Source: Vitrella brassicaformis CCMP3155
Lineage: Eukaryota > Protista > Chromerida
Reading direction: 5' to 3'
DNA length: 64,000 nucleotides
Assembly (NCBI GenBank): GCA_001179505.1
Contig: CDMY01000859.1
Coordinates: forward strand, 124,001-188,000
Positions 47,022 to 59,100 of the stretch are shown here, piece after piece (the first letter of the stretch is position 1; the number at the start of each line of letters is the position of its first letter). The translations under genes and the position numbers were made by a program. The notes below the pieces were generated by a model that saw nothing but the letters and a program-made list of their open reading frames with translations, was not told where the DNA came from and searched no databases.

Positions 47022-50000
47022 TCAGCGACCCCCCATTACCCCCTGCACCAGCCTCCTCTCCGCCCATCCGCACCACACACCCCACGAACCGCCCCAAGAC
47101 AACACCTGGCCCTTGGCGACAAACGGGCTGAGTGTGGGAGACGACGAGGCCGCGATATAGTAAATGCCGCTCGCCAGCACTAAGAAAGCGGGCACCAGAC
47201 GACCAGCCAGGAGCCAGCCAACGACAGTGTAGTTCTCAGCTTGATCGTCGCCGTCTTGTTCCTGCTGGGCCGCCTCGCACGTCGACCCCTCACGCGTAGA
47301 TGGGTCGCCCCCGTGCTGGCTCTTGAGCTCTCCTGCAGCGCTGTCTTGCTCTGATGCCAATGTCGGCTTGCGGCTTCGTAGCTGGGTGCCGGGTGGGTCA
47401 GCCGATGGCATGACAGACTGCTCAGTGCCATCCGTGTGATGGTCGCCAGAGGGTGGGTGTGTCGCTTCTGATAGAGTGACGTGGCGATGGACAACGGTCG
47501 CGACGGCGAGGAAGGGCAGCGCCATGCCGGCGAAGTACACCAGCAGCAGAGAGACAGCAGCGTGGGTCGAGAGAGGCGGCGGGACCATCATGGAGTGGTG
47601 TGTGGGGAAGGTGTCTTGTATGAGGGCCATGAATGGCCCGATGCACGGCGTCCACGTGAGGCTGGTGGCCAGGCCGCCCAGCACCGCACCAGCCGCAGTA
47701 TCGACAACCACCTGCACACACAGCAGACAGAAAGGAGGGAGGAAAAGAATTGAGGCGTACCGTACCCGACAAGTGTGCATGGTGTTGGTTCTCGTCGGCT
47801 GGTATACCGTGTCGAATTGCATGGATGAGAGGACGAACAAGTCACTCAAGTCCTGGCGGCCCGTCCTGCGGGCGACGTATGCAGCAGTGCCGTAGAGACC
47901 AGGGAGGGAGAGGAGGGTCGCCCACACCAAATACAGCACACCAGCAACCTACAAGCAGACACAACACGAGCAGGCTCGTGATCACTGACTGGTACATTCT
48001 CCCATCCGATGCTTCTCACCTTCAGCCGTATTTCCGATTGCAGCGCGAGCGTCTCATCCACAATGTTCGCCTGGATAGGCTCGGTCGTCAGCTTCGCCCC
48101 CACATAAGCCATGCCCATAGACGCAAACAACAGACTGACGCCAAGCACCTCCGGCCAGCAGTACCGAGCCCACCACACCTCCACACGCCGGCTGCATCTC
48201 GCAATGCGCACCATGCCGGCAACTGCGGCCATGGATGGCACGATGAGGGAGCCGCTGCACGTCGATACGCTACCGAATAGCCCCGCTGCGAATGCGCCGG
48301 CGACCGACACCAACACGTGGATGAGCCAGTGAACACCATAGAACAGCCCGTCTCCCCGCCGCCCAGTGTCTCGCCGCTCAAAGGGCGGCGAAGCGAGGGG
48401 GGATGAGACAGAGTCAGGCTGGCGCCGGCCGTCGAGCAGCAGGGAGGTCATCCAGTGGCTGGATGGGGTCATGAGGGGCGAGATGCTGCTCGTTGTTTCC
48501 AGGACGCTTTCGTAGGTCTGAATGAGGTCGTTCTCGAGAACCAGCTGGGCGGACTTGGCGAGATAGTACCCATCATCCTGACAGGCGAAGGACATGCAAG
48601 GGTCATCGATGTGTCTCATACCTCCCTGCCCTCTCACCAGATATGTCTTTGATTCCTGGAAGAGCCCCAGTGTCATCAGTCCCGCCTCCAGACACTCCGC
48701 CCACATCGGCACACCGCCCTCCTCACCTCCCAGCCAGCCGCCCATGTGGTAAAGAGCCAACCTTACACACGAGTAGGCAGCCATGCCGTTGTCCTCGATC
48801 GTCTTGTGCAGCGAGATGGCGTCGCCAGGCGACGCGAAAAGGGATATGTCCGCATCATGGGGGTTGCGGTCGATGAAGCCGCCGAAGAGAGGGTCGTAGT
48901 TGCGAGACAGGAGGACATGCGCCAGGCGATCGATAAGGGAGAGGAGGGATGGCTTCTCGCGCTGGAAACGGGTGCAGATGTGGAGGTCGGCAGGGGGATG
49001 GTCACCACAGACGCTTTCGAGTGCTTCCAGGGTCTGGATTGCCCCGAGGAGGACAGCAGAGGTGTCTGCCAGGTTGCCGCGGGTGCCTCCCGCCCGGCCG
49101 CCGGCATAGAAGTGATAGACGCCGCGATCGGTCATCAGGTCGCCATCGATAAAGGCCAGAGTGTCGAGAGCCTTCTCGCACCCCACCTGCCGCAACTCCA
49201 TGTCCGCCGAGTGCCGGCAGAGCCAGGCCATCGTGATGACGGCCTCCCCATTGCCATCTGCGTATTTCGTCGGGTCGACTCTCGGTGCCGGCAGGGCCTC
49301 TGATGGCCGTTCCGTGTGTGCGTAATATGCGTCCTCGCCGTTGACGTCCATGCTGCCGAAGAAGCCGCCCGCCGTGCTGTCCCACCACCGTTCGGTGATG
49401 AAGGCCATCGTGCGTGTGACGACGTCATCGAGGGTCGATCTGACGGCGTCTATAGCGTCTCGAGGCGATGTGGCATTGAGAATGGGGGGAATGGACGAGG
49501 TGGGAAGGCCGTCCTTGATGGGCGCGAGAACCTGGAAAAGCAAGCGCCTTTTGTCTTGTCGTCAGCGAGTAATGTTGGTTGATGGTGCATTAAGCTTACA
49601 TGTTGCAAGTGGGCGAATGTTCGCAGCATTTTGACGTTGTCGACGAGCATCTTCTCATAATGCGGCGGGGTCCACTGACGCGTGGTGCCGTACCGATGGA
49701 ATCCGCCCTCTACCGGGTCCCAGAGGCTGCCACACGACAAACGTGACAACAGCAATATCACGTCCACCACCCATCCATGGCTGCGCTGCCCCTGCCTGCC
49801 TTCCGTCCCTGGTTACTTGTACTTGCCCTGTGTCATTTGCTCCATTGTGGTGTACATGCCCATGAGCGTCCCCACAGCTACATCCGCCCACCTCCCCCCG
49901 ACCCTTTCAAACATGTCCACACTGTAGTCCACCGACAGGGCATGGGGGAACTTGGCTCCATTGCCGAAGCCGCCCCACTGCCCGTCGAATAAAGGGGGGA

Positions 50001-50834
50001 TGGACGACGTATACCGTTCGTGGAAGGCCTGCAGGGCCGCATGTGTCGGCAGGGAGAGGGGGCGCGCTGCGGCGGCTGTGAGGGCTTGCTCCAGCTGCTC
50101 GAGTGATGGTCTCTTGTCGCCTGGATGGCCGTCGACGTACCGCTGCCTCCAGTTACCAGCCGTCGTGACATCATTTGCCGCCTGTCCCTCGTGCCGCATC
50201 CTCTCAAAAACGTCGATCGCCTTGAGGAGAATCCCTCGTATCTGCTCGGGCGGCCTCGGCCCGCTCCAGCCATACACTCGCCTCGGCACACCACCCCCTC
50301 CCTCATCCGAGCGTGGCGGCAGCAGAATCACCGACGAAGGCCAGCCGCCCTCGAGCCATTGCTTGGTGAGGTCAGCACGCTTGTCGGCGTCCACATAGAC
50401 GAGATGGAAGTGCTGTGCGAGGGTGTCAGCGACCATTGGGTGGAAGAGGTAGTCTTCGCTCTCGTACACTTCGCACCAGTAGCACCACGCCGGCGCCGTG
50501 AGGAGCAGGAAGATGGGCCGGGGCGAGGCAGCGGCCGCGGCAAACGTGGACGCCCTGCAACCACACGCAGACAACACGCAACATGCATCGTTGCCATGTG
50601 ACGGGTTCGGCCGTGTGTGTGATGTGTTGTAATGGACCTGTAGTCCATCCAGGGCATGCGGCCTTTGAGGGCCTCTGCCTTGCTGTATGTGTACTTGAAC
50701 TCTTCATGGTCGGTCTCGCGCGGGATAGGCGCCTTCACAGCCGCAGCACCCAGCCCCGATGAATCAGAAATGAAAATCAACGACGAGAACAGAAGATGCC
50801 CCACAAGCAGGCTCCGAATCACCCCTCCGGCCAT
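47022..50834 (-). CDS. Fusion: signal peptide - DUF255 thioredoxin (CxxC) - YyaL/SPATA20 alpha/alpha barrel - CcdA/DsbD-type transmembrane domain (3' end approximate)
   Basis: Signal MAGGVIRSLLVGHLLFSSLIFIS. Trx: PIFLLLTAPAWCYWCEVYE...FHLVYVDADKRADL...GGWPSSVILLP. YyaL motifs FDGQWGGFGNGAKFP and WDPVEGGFHRYGTTRQWTPPHYEKMLVDN. CcdA motifs AFAAGLFGSVSTCSGSLIVP, GLATSLTWTPCIGPFMALI and LLVYFAGMALPFL. Confidence 0.8.
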
Positions 50835-50951
50835 CCGGGCAACCACTTCAAAACAACAAGGGTCGCTGTTTTTCCAAGCTCGCACGAGAGGGAAAGGAGG
50901 AGGGATTTTTGTAGCCTTCGGGGCTGTGGTGAGGGCTGGTGGTGTGTCAAG
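50835..50951. promoter_or_regulatory. 117-bp divergent intergenic region (probable bidirectional promoter / overlapping 5'UTRs)
   Basis: Predicted ATGs at 50834 (-) and 50952 (+). Confidence 0.45.
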
Positions 50952-51543
50952 ATGATACGCCTGTCGAAGCCCCGCCTGCTGTTGGCGTCTACGACGCACT
51001 ACCTGCGTCGCAAGTACTGGATCCTGTGTTGGTCGCTGACAGATCCCATGGTGGTGGACTACTTCTTCGAAAAGTTCATGAGATGGCAGTACTACGATGT
51101 GCCGGTCAGCCAGCCAGCCACGGCGGGAGAGAGGAGACACATACCATGGAGCTCGTGTGGTGTGGTGTGTTGTGTTGTGTGCAGTCGTACAACTATATGT
51201 TTGCTGGAGCCCTGGGCATCGGCATCTGCTCGGCCTGCTACTTCAGAGTCTCGTTCTTCTGTCCACAAGTCTCGTAAGTGTTCCTTGATGGCCTCCAGTG
51301 CTTCCCTTCCTGTGCTGCTCTGCTGTCACACTGTGTGTGTGTGTGTGTTTGTGCAGGGTTCGCCGGTCTGACCGGCACAAGGCCCTTCCGGATCAGCACC
51401 GCACCCACGCCCACGCGCTGCCGTACTTCAACCACCACCTCCGGTATGTATGGGCCCACACCGCACGCCACACCAACACACAGCACACACAGCCACACAC
51501 ACACACGTGTGCTGTCTGTCTGTCTGTCGTTGGCCCCCCCACA

Positions 51544-51574
<31 letters not shown>

Positions 51575-52001
51575 GTGTGTGTGTTGTCAGCAACTGGGTG
51601 TTGAAGTGGCGTGCGAGTTTGATCGACAACGAGCCTGACTTCCAGGGTGACCATCCGTGGGGCATCCGTCCGCCCCGCCAGATGGGCTACCAGCGCTGCC
51701 CCTGGTTCCTCCCATTCCCCTACCAGTACATCATGAACGTCCCCCACTACGAGAGAACCACACACGCAGCTATGGAGGAATACTACGAGGTCAGATATAT
51801 ACAGCCATCTAGCAGGGACGGACGGACGGACGGAGGGAGGGAGCACAACAGCCACCCATGTTTGTCTGTGTCTGTCTGTGTGTGTGTGTGTGTGTTTAGC
51901 GCATCGGGTACTACGGCAAGACCAGGTACCGGTTCGGCATCCACCACGACCAGCAGGAGGGCGAGGGCCTCCCGGAGCCCGACGAGGAGGAATTGGAGTG
52001 A
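50952..52001 (+). CDS. NDUFA4/COXFA4-like (MLRQ-type) mitochondrial complex IV accessory subunit, myzozoan ApiCOX-like
   Basis: Presequence-like MIRLSKPRLLLAS. Single TM YMFAGALGIGICSACY followed by FRVSFFCPQV (compare NDUFA4 RL.L.NPDV). Then LPYFNHHLRNWVLKWRASLIDNEPD. Five exons ending ...EPDEEELE* (TGA 51999-52001). The assignment rests on recalled motif similarity only. Confidence 0.5.
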
Positions 52002-53021
52002 TCCACACACACTCACACAGATAGCACACATGGCACACGCGACACACCACACCACGCACACTCGCTCGACCAGAAGTGAGGGAGGGCATGCGTTGATGGG
52101 CGTCGTGTTGGGCCGGTGTGGTGTGCGGCGGTGCTTTCAAAAAGTGTTTGGCTGACCGAAGTGGCTGCCTGGCTGACGTGTAACATGATCTAACTCACTC
52201 ATCCTCTCCTCTCCATCCTCATCTGTCCGATCGTCTGCTCGTCCTGTGTGTGTGCCTGTCTGCGGTTCTGTCCTGGCTGTCTTTTGAACGGGAGAGCTAG
52301 GGTTGCGCCGCAGCGGCAGGCAGAACACAGGCGGGCGAGGGCAGGAGGGCAATGGATGGATGGACCATTCATGTGGTGCTGTTGTATGTATGGTCACTGA
52401 CTGGGGTGTGCTCCACTGCTGTCTGTCTCTCTGTGGGCGAGGAGGAGTTGCGTCGGGTGGCTTGGCTCGCGGTTGTGTCTTCCAGCGTGTGTCAGTGTGG
52501 ACAGCTACACGGCACGGGTGAATCCATCCCTCCGGATGCATCTGTTCCGTGTACGATGGCCGCTCCGACACACACTGGACGACACGAACATGAGACGAGC
52601 AAGCACAAGGTGGTTTCGTACGTGCGGAGAGGGGCGAGAGATCTGTAGCTCTGCCAGAAGCGCGCAGCCGAGAGCTTTTTTGACACACCCACAGCCGCAC
52701 CGCACTACACCTGCTGCTGTAGAGTAGGCGGCTACCGAGAAGACAGCTGACTGACTGACGGATAGGGCGTTGAGCGAATGTGACTCAGAAATCTACCGCC
52801 ACGGCGATGTGCTGTGAAGGCCAATTCATGCAGTAGTATGCCAACGCGTCTCGGAATGATGAGTCATCACCATCGCACCACACAGGCACAAAATCGACAG
52901 ACACATCAGGCAGGCCAAATAGGGTCTGTCTGTCTCCCGGACAAAGCGCTAGCACCTAGAGAAGAGATGACGAAGCACCTTCCTTTCACAGTTGACTGCA
53001 TGCATTGCAATGGTACATCAA

Positions 53022-55810
53022 TCACTTGACGACTTGTTTGGCCAGCGCTGCCTCTGCATCCTCCAGGATGTTCTCATCCACCACCGACCGCTGCAGCGGG
53101 CTGTCACCCGCACCCACAGCCCGCTCCCTAGCATCCCTAGCAGCGGGTGGGGCCCCACTGCTCACCACTGGCTTCGCCTCTGTCCGTTGGATGAACTTGA
53201 CCATCTCATTTGCAACTTCGGTGGGCAGCTCGTCGTGTGGGCAGTGGCCGGCGGGGAGCGGAGCCGTCTCAATCAGGTCGCCCAGCCGCTGAAAGGCCTC
53301 CATCCTCGCTGTGGCGTTGTTGAGCGGATCACTGACACGAAGGAGAGAGGAACAGAGAAAAGGAGCATTTGTGTGTGTGGGGGTTGTGTCATTGGCTGTG
53401 GGCTGGGTTGCTTACAGGAGTCCCTGGAGTATGAGCACAGGTCGACCGAATTTGGCAATCAGCTCGTTGTGCGACCTCTGGGGCGGCAGCTTGGCGCCGC
53501 TCGCAATCACGCCTATCGCCCCTGGATCGGCACTGTCCCTGCTCACACACACACACACACGAACACACGTGTCTCGTTTGAGCACTTCCCTCTCTGGACA
53601 CTCATTGCCTCACCGTAGGATGCAGTCGATGATGCCGTCCTCCACCGCCGTCCCGTTGGTAGGGTAAAGGCGCTTGCAAATGCTGGGCGTCTGTGTCTTG
53701 AGGTAGAGGTACAGCCCCGTGGCAAACAGCTGCAGCAGTCTTTCTGGGGGCGCGCTGTAGGGCGGCAGTGGCTGTGCGTATCCCCGAGTGGCCTCCTCCA
53801 TTGTGCCGCCGAGCGACGCCGTCACGTTGACGTACTCAGCCGGGGTGAAGACGCGACCCGCACTGTTCAGCAAGATGGTGCCTCTGGATTGGATGGGGGA
53901 AACGACAAGCGAGGAGGGTGGGCATATGCGTGTGTGGTTTGTTTCGTGGTCGATGCATGCATACCTGCAGAGGTCTCGTGTGTCCGCGGCGAGGGACTGA
54001 GCCATGTAGCCGCCAATGCTGTTGCCGGCGACGTAGTACGGCCCCCTCACAACCTCCAACACGAAGTCACGCAGCAAAGATTCCCAAGTGTACTGCACCC
54101 ACACAGTGACACGAACGCACTCATGCAGGTCCTCTGCGTGTTCCTCTGATCTCCCCTCCTCTCTCACCTGTGTGAAGGTCAGTCTAGGTTTTTCGCTGTG
54201 GCCAAAGCCAAGCATGTCGATCGCAAAGACCTCATAATGCTGCTGCAGGACGGCCATGGTCTTTCGCCACTGGTCGGCAGAGGCCCCAAAGCCGTGCACC
54301 AGCAGCACTTTCGGCTTGGCAGGGTCGTGCTGTGTAGCGCTTTTGATATATCGGACGAGGAAGCCCCGCCAGTGGTAGTATCTCGTCTCCAGGGGCGTGT
54401 CGCTCCACGACATGCGGGGCAGGCTCGACGGGGGGGAGGGGGAGATGTCCTGATATGCCAGCAGCCGGTGCCACTCCTTCCACTCAACGTACTCCCTCTC
54501 AATGCTGACACGTACAAGACACACAGAATCAGACAAGGTCTTTCGGCGTGCTAGTCCCACCTTCGCAGGGGCAGCTCGACGGCTCGCCGTCGTCTCCTCG
54601 CGCTCGCGATCTCCCTCAGCGACAGGCACCCGAAGCCCACGCTCTCTGCAAAGGCTCTGGTGAAGGCCTCCCCTCGAAAGTAGGCATCCTTGACAGACTT
54701 TGCCGCCATCCGCTGCACGGACCGCTGCTCGAGGGATAGGGTGCTATTGGCGGTACTCTTGATGGCCGCCTTGGCAAAGTCGAGATCACCCATGGTGATG
54801 TACTCGTCCAGCTTGGCCAGAGCAGATGCCTCGCCGAAGGATGAAGCGCTTGTCGACGGCAGGACGTCAATGCTATCGCCATTGGCCAGCGAAGGTGGCC
54901 GGCCAGACGCAAACCCGAACAGGGCACTCTCAGGGGTGAGGGCTATCCGAGCGTTCAGCAGAGTGGCCGCATCGCTTGTGGAGCCTTCGATGCTCTCTTC
55001 AGTGAGCTTCAGAGCGTCCACAAACGAGGGAACCTCCGTCAAAGATCGGTCGATGTCAGCATTGGGGGGTGCAGGGGGAAGCGTGGCCGGCGCCGGCAGG
55101 GGCGGCATCACTTTGCCCTTCCGGAATCTCTTCGCATAGGCCGGAAAGGAAGACGGCAAAGCTGAGGTAGGCGTGGAGAGAGGTCGCAGAGGTGCCGACC
55201 ATGCGTGGAAGGCCGCTCCCTTCTCCTGCGCTGCCCTCATGACCTCATCCTTCCACCTCTGCTGTGCGTACTCAGGGCTGTCATGGAAGAGCACGTCTGT
55301 GATGGCCTTGGACGCGATCAGATCTCCAATCACGGCTTGCGTATCGCCCTGGAAGAGGAACAAGTCGCTGTTGCGCTGACGCAGGGCGTCGCGCAGCTGC
55401 GACAGTGCTGAGAGCAGCAGCTGAAGACGGGTTGGCGAGACCTCGTCCAGCGCCGCTGGGTCAAAGATGAACACGGGAATGCATCTGTCGCTCTGCTGCG
55501 ATGCGGCATAGAGGGCGGGATGGTCATGCACGCGGAGGTCGGTAAGAGAGTAGACAACGAGGGAAGATCCGCCTGTGGCCAGTGCAGGCAGGTCGTTTCT
55601 TGCAGTCACTGCTTGTCTTCCGGCGGCGCTCATCCTCAGCAGCCCTCTCCGCTCCCTCGGCGCCGTAGACAGCGGCGTCTTGGTGGTCGATAGAAAGGCG
55701 GCAGCCTCCTGATCTTGAGCACGAAGCCGCACTGCATCCGACTGCATGTGCATGAGTAACAGAAGCAATGTAACGGCAGCAAGATAGGTCATCGTCAGGC
55801 CTGTTCTCAT
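53022..55810 (-). CDS. Photolyase-like N-terminal domain fused to an alpha/beta hydrolase (At4g25290-type architecture) with signal peptide
   Basis: Signal MTYLAAVTLLLLLMHMQS. Photolyase alpha/beta domain YSLTDLRVHDHPALYAAS...IPVFIFDP...LSQLRDALRQRNSDL, plus FGEASALAKL and GFGCLSLREI. Hydrolase motifs LLVHGFGAS, AIDMLGFGHS, nucleophile GNSIGG and catalytic His GHCPHDE. Confidence 0.85.
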
Positions 55811-56197
55811 CCTGAAATATAGCTGTCTTTCCACCCGAGAAGGCGCGAGCTCAAGCTCGCAAGAACGGTAAAGAGGAACGTCGTGAGAGAAGGATAGGAA
55901 GAGCAGCTATCAGAAGACTAGCTACCTACTTCCGAGCTGATTAGAAGATAGGAATCGCTGCTTCTGAGAGTGCTGCACTGATATCTGCCCGGAGAGTCTG
56001 ACTTGGAGACGCCGCTCAGTGCTTCAACAACACGGGGTTGTTGGGGCTTCCCGCATCGTGAATTCATTCTTATCGAAGGACAAAAAGCCAGCGAAGGCAC
56101 GACAAGAGGCAGAAAGATCCTGTAAGATCAGCTGCACGCACTCACTGGGGAGGCAATGATCAATTAAGTTTTTGTTGTGTTGTGGTGTATCATGCAG

Positions 56198-59100
56198 ATG
56201 GGGCTCGCCTTCTCGTCGTGGTTCTCGTGCGGAGTGACCGATTGTGTGAGGGTATGTATGTGAGACACGCATACACGACTGGACACCCACCCCGTGTGTG
56301 TATTGTCTGTCTCATGCAGACGGATCACTGCAAAGGAGACGTAGACGAGCTGCAGTGGTTCGTTCGCGACCACCTGCCATCGCCCTCGGGGGCGGTCTTC
56401 GCCGACACCATTCCCTCGTCCACCGATCCACTGGACCGCGAACTCCTTCTCTTCTCCCTCACGGCCAACACTGCCGCCTTCAGGTGGCTGCTGGACATGG
56501 GAGCCAACCCTAATGTGTGCGACAGCAAGGGCAGTTCGTGCCTGCACGCCGCTGCACGGTCGGGAGGATTGGGCGTCGTACGGGAGCTGGTGCTGAAAGG
56601 GGGGCGCGTGGGATAGATGGATGCTGCGGGCTGGACGCCGCTGCATGTGGCGGTATTCATGGCCAGGAGGAAAGTGGCGGTCTTCCTGATGCAGAATGGA
56701 GCGGCCCCTGACGTGTCTGACGTGTAAGCGCGCGCGTGAATTGATGGGCTGCATGTCATTGGCAATGGTTGTTGGTGACCTGTCTGTCTGTCTGTCTGTC
56801 TGTCTTTGGTTTGTGTCAGAATGACTCACCAACACCAAAGTGAGGAACAGCGCTTACACGATTGGCACCTCTGCTGCACATTTGTTGTGTGATGGGGCTC
56901 TTCGTTTGTCCCTCCCGCCCTTCAGCCCCCATCGACCTCTGCAGCGATGCAGGCATGATATCCACACAAAGGATACTGAGCGGACATTTCCTCACTTGTG
57001 TATGTCTCTGTCTCTGTCCCCTGTCTGTCTGTCTGTCTGTCTGCAGTCTTGAGGGATGCGCTGAGGAAATATCTGCAGTATGCGCGCAACGGCAACAAGC
57101 GGCACATGTTCAACTGGGAGGCGTCAATCGGCACACGTAGGAAGATGAGAGTGCAGAGAAAGAAACCACATTAATGGAAGCGCAAGTGCAGCCAGCAACT
57201 TCACCAGCTGTCCTTTGTCATCCATCATTGTGCAGTCCGCGATGCGGGTGGGGCTACACAGTCAGTGACATATGAGCCGTTCTTTGTCCCGAGGTGACCC
57301 ACAGAGCCTCTCCCTTCCCTGCCTGTTCGTTTAGGCGCGTCATGTCTCGCTCTGTCTGTCAGGGCCGCTGCGGTGCGATCGCTGGACTCGAACATCAAAA
57401 ACCGGCTCAGGCAGCTCGGTGTGGTGGGGGAGGGCAGGGTGGCGCGTAGGTTGACTCTCGTCTCCATCCATGGGAACTAACTCGATATGTGTCCAGGTGT
57501 CATCTTCTGCAATGTCAACCCGGGTGTCGGTTTGGCTTTTCTGGTTGCGACGGGCTGCGTGCGGGACTACCCCGTGGAGCTGGCGCAATTCTTCTTCAAA
57601 TACGCGGTGAGCATGTGATGGAGAGCGGGTGAATGGGAGATTGATTGAGGTCGTTGCCGGTGTCACAGGTGTCACCCGAGGCTTTGGGTCACTTCCTCGG
57701 CGAAAACTACAGGTACACGGATGGCTGCCGTAGCTCCCTGTGTTTCCATTGCTGTCCATTTCCTCGTCTCAGCCTCTCCCAGATTTTGCGGCTTGAGTTC
57801 CTCAACCTCCTGTAAGTCAGTGAGTAGCCAGCATGATGCCAGGCAAACGAGTGTCCATTTGTTCTCCGCTTCAACATACAGGCTTGACCACGAGCCGTCG
57901 ATGACATTGCCCGAGGTCATCCTGAGCACCTTCACCCGCGTTGCCGTCCTGCCCGCTTTCCAGGTGGGTGGCCAAGCCATCCATCGCATATCGCACGTGG
58001 AGGCCTCATGGGTGCTGGCTGGGACGGCTCGCAGGCACTCGACCGCATCATTCACGCTCTTGCGCACGTGTGGTGGAGGAAGGAGCGCATGCACACGGCC
58101 AAGAACGTACACACACACAGAGGCGGATAGATACGCCTACACAAATGTCTGAATGCAGTGCTGGTTGTCTCTCTGTGTGTCAGAGGGAAGAAGGTTCCGC
58201 GATGGATGGCCTGACGTTGGGTGCGCTGCAGCTGACGTCGATCGACGGCCTCTGCCAGCTGTTGTTCAACTGTGTGATGCTGGCGTGGGCGATGCAGAGG
58301 GCCACAGACAGCAGCTGCAGTGAGGACGATGTGCATGTGCCAGAGGTCGATGTCAACGCATGGGTACGTGAATGAGCAAGACAAAGGCGGAAAGCAAATG
58401 AGCACCTTTTCCTTTCATTTCTGTCATTTCTGCAGATGGCGCTGAATGCTGGTATGGATGACGGCGATGCCATCCCCTTGGCAACGCAGCAGCGGCTGTA
58501 TCATGACATTGAGAGCATACACCACCGACTGCAGGTGGGTGACAGGAAATGCAACCAAACAGACACACCGAAGGAGAGAGAGGACACATACACATACTGA
58601 AAGGGCGGAAGGGCGGCCTGTGTGTCTCCTTTGCTGTATCCAGCTGCCGAAGACCTTCTTTGGCAACTGTCAATCGACTCTTCCCACCTCGCTGGACAAC
58701 CACACCCAGTCGTACATCGACCGCTGCACCCTCCACAGCAGCACCATGCTGGCGCCCAACAACTCACCACTCCCATTTATGGGAGACTCCGTCCGCTCAT
58801 CCCTGCAGGTGCGGATGGAGTCCTTTGGGGCCAACCACACCCACAGCGACAGGACACGAGACACGGATACCAATGAGCGCGGGACTGCTCTGCCGTCGTC
58901 ACGATCGTCAAGTGGGAGACACGTCAGCGCAATGACAGCTGTGGGGGCCAAGCCGCCCGCCGGCAGGAGAGTGGAGAGAGGGAAGTCTGCACGGGGTGGG
59001 GGTGGTCTTCGGGAGCTGACTTTCACGCTTGTCCAGGGGGGTCTGTTGTTCATGTCGACCTGTGAGCGGTCAGTGGTGCCTGACGCCTTCGTCCACCTGC

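Noticed and set aside
48746-49303. Plus-strand ORFs opposite the YyaL domain, and similar long shadow ORFs across the window
   Set aside because: Antisense or alternative-frame artefacts of high GC content. The opposite strand has the conserved motifs.
54551-55810. Functional DNA photolyase/cryptochrome
   Set aside because: Most of the C-terminal FAD-binding domain and Trp triad region is absent, and the gene continues into a hydrolase.
56605-56616. 9-nt GT...AG 'micro-intron' (GTGGGATAG) that would remove the in-frame stop
   Set aside because: It is far too short for spliceosomal removal and would delete three residues from an ankyrin repeat that is otherwise in perfect register. Selenocysteine was also rejected because the codon is TAG, not TGA.
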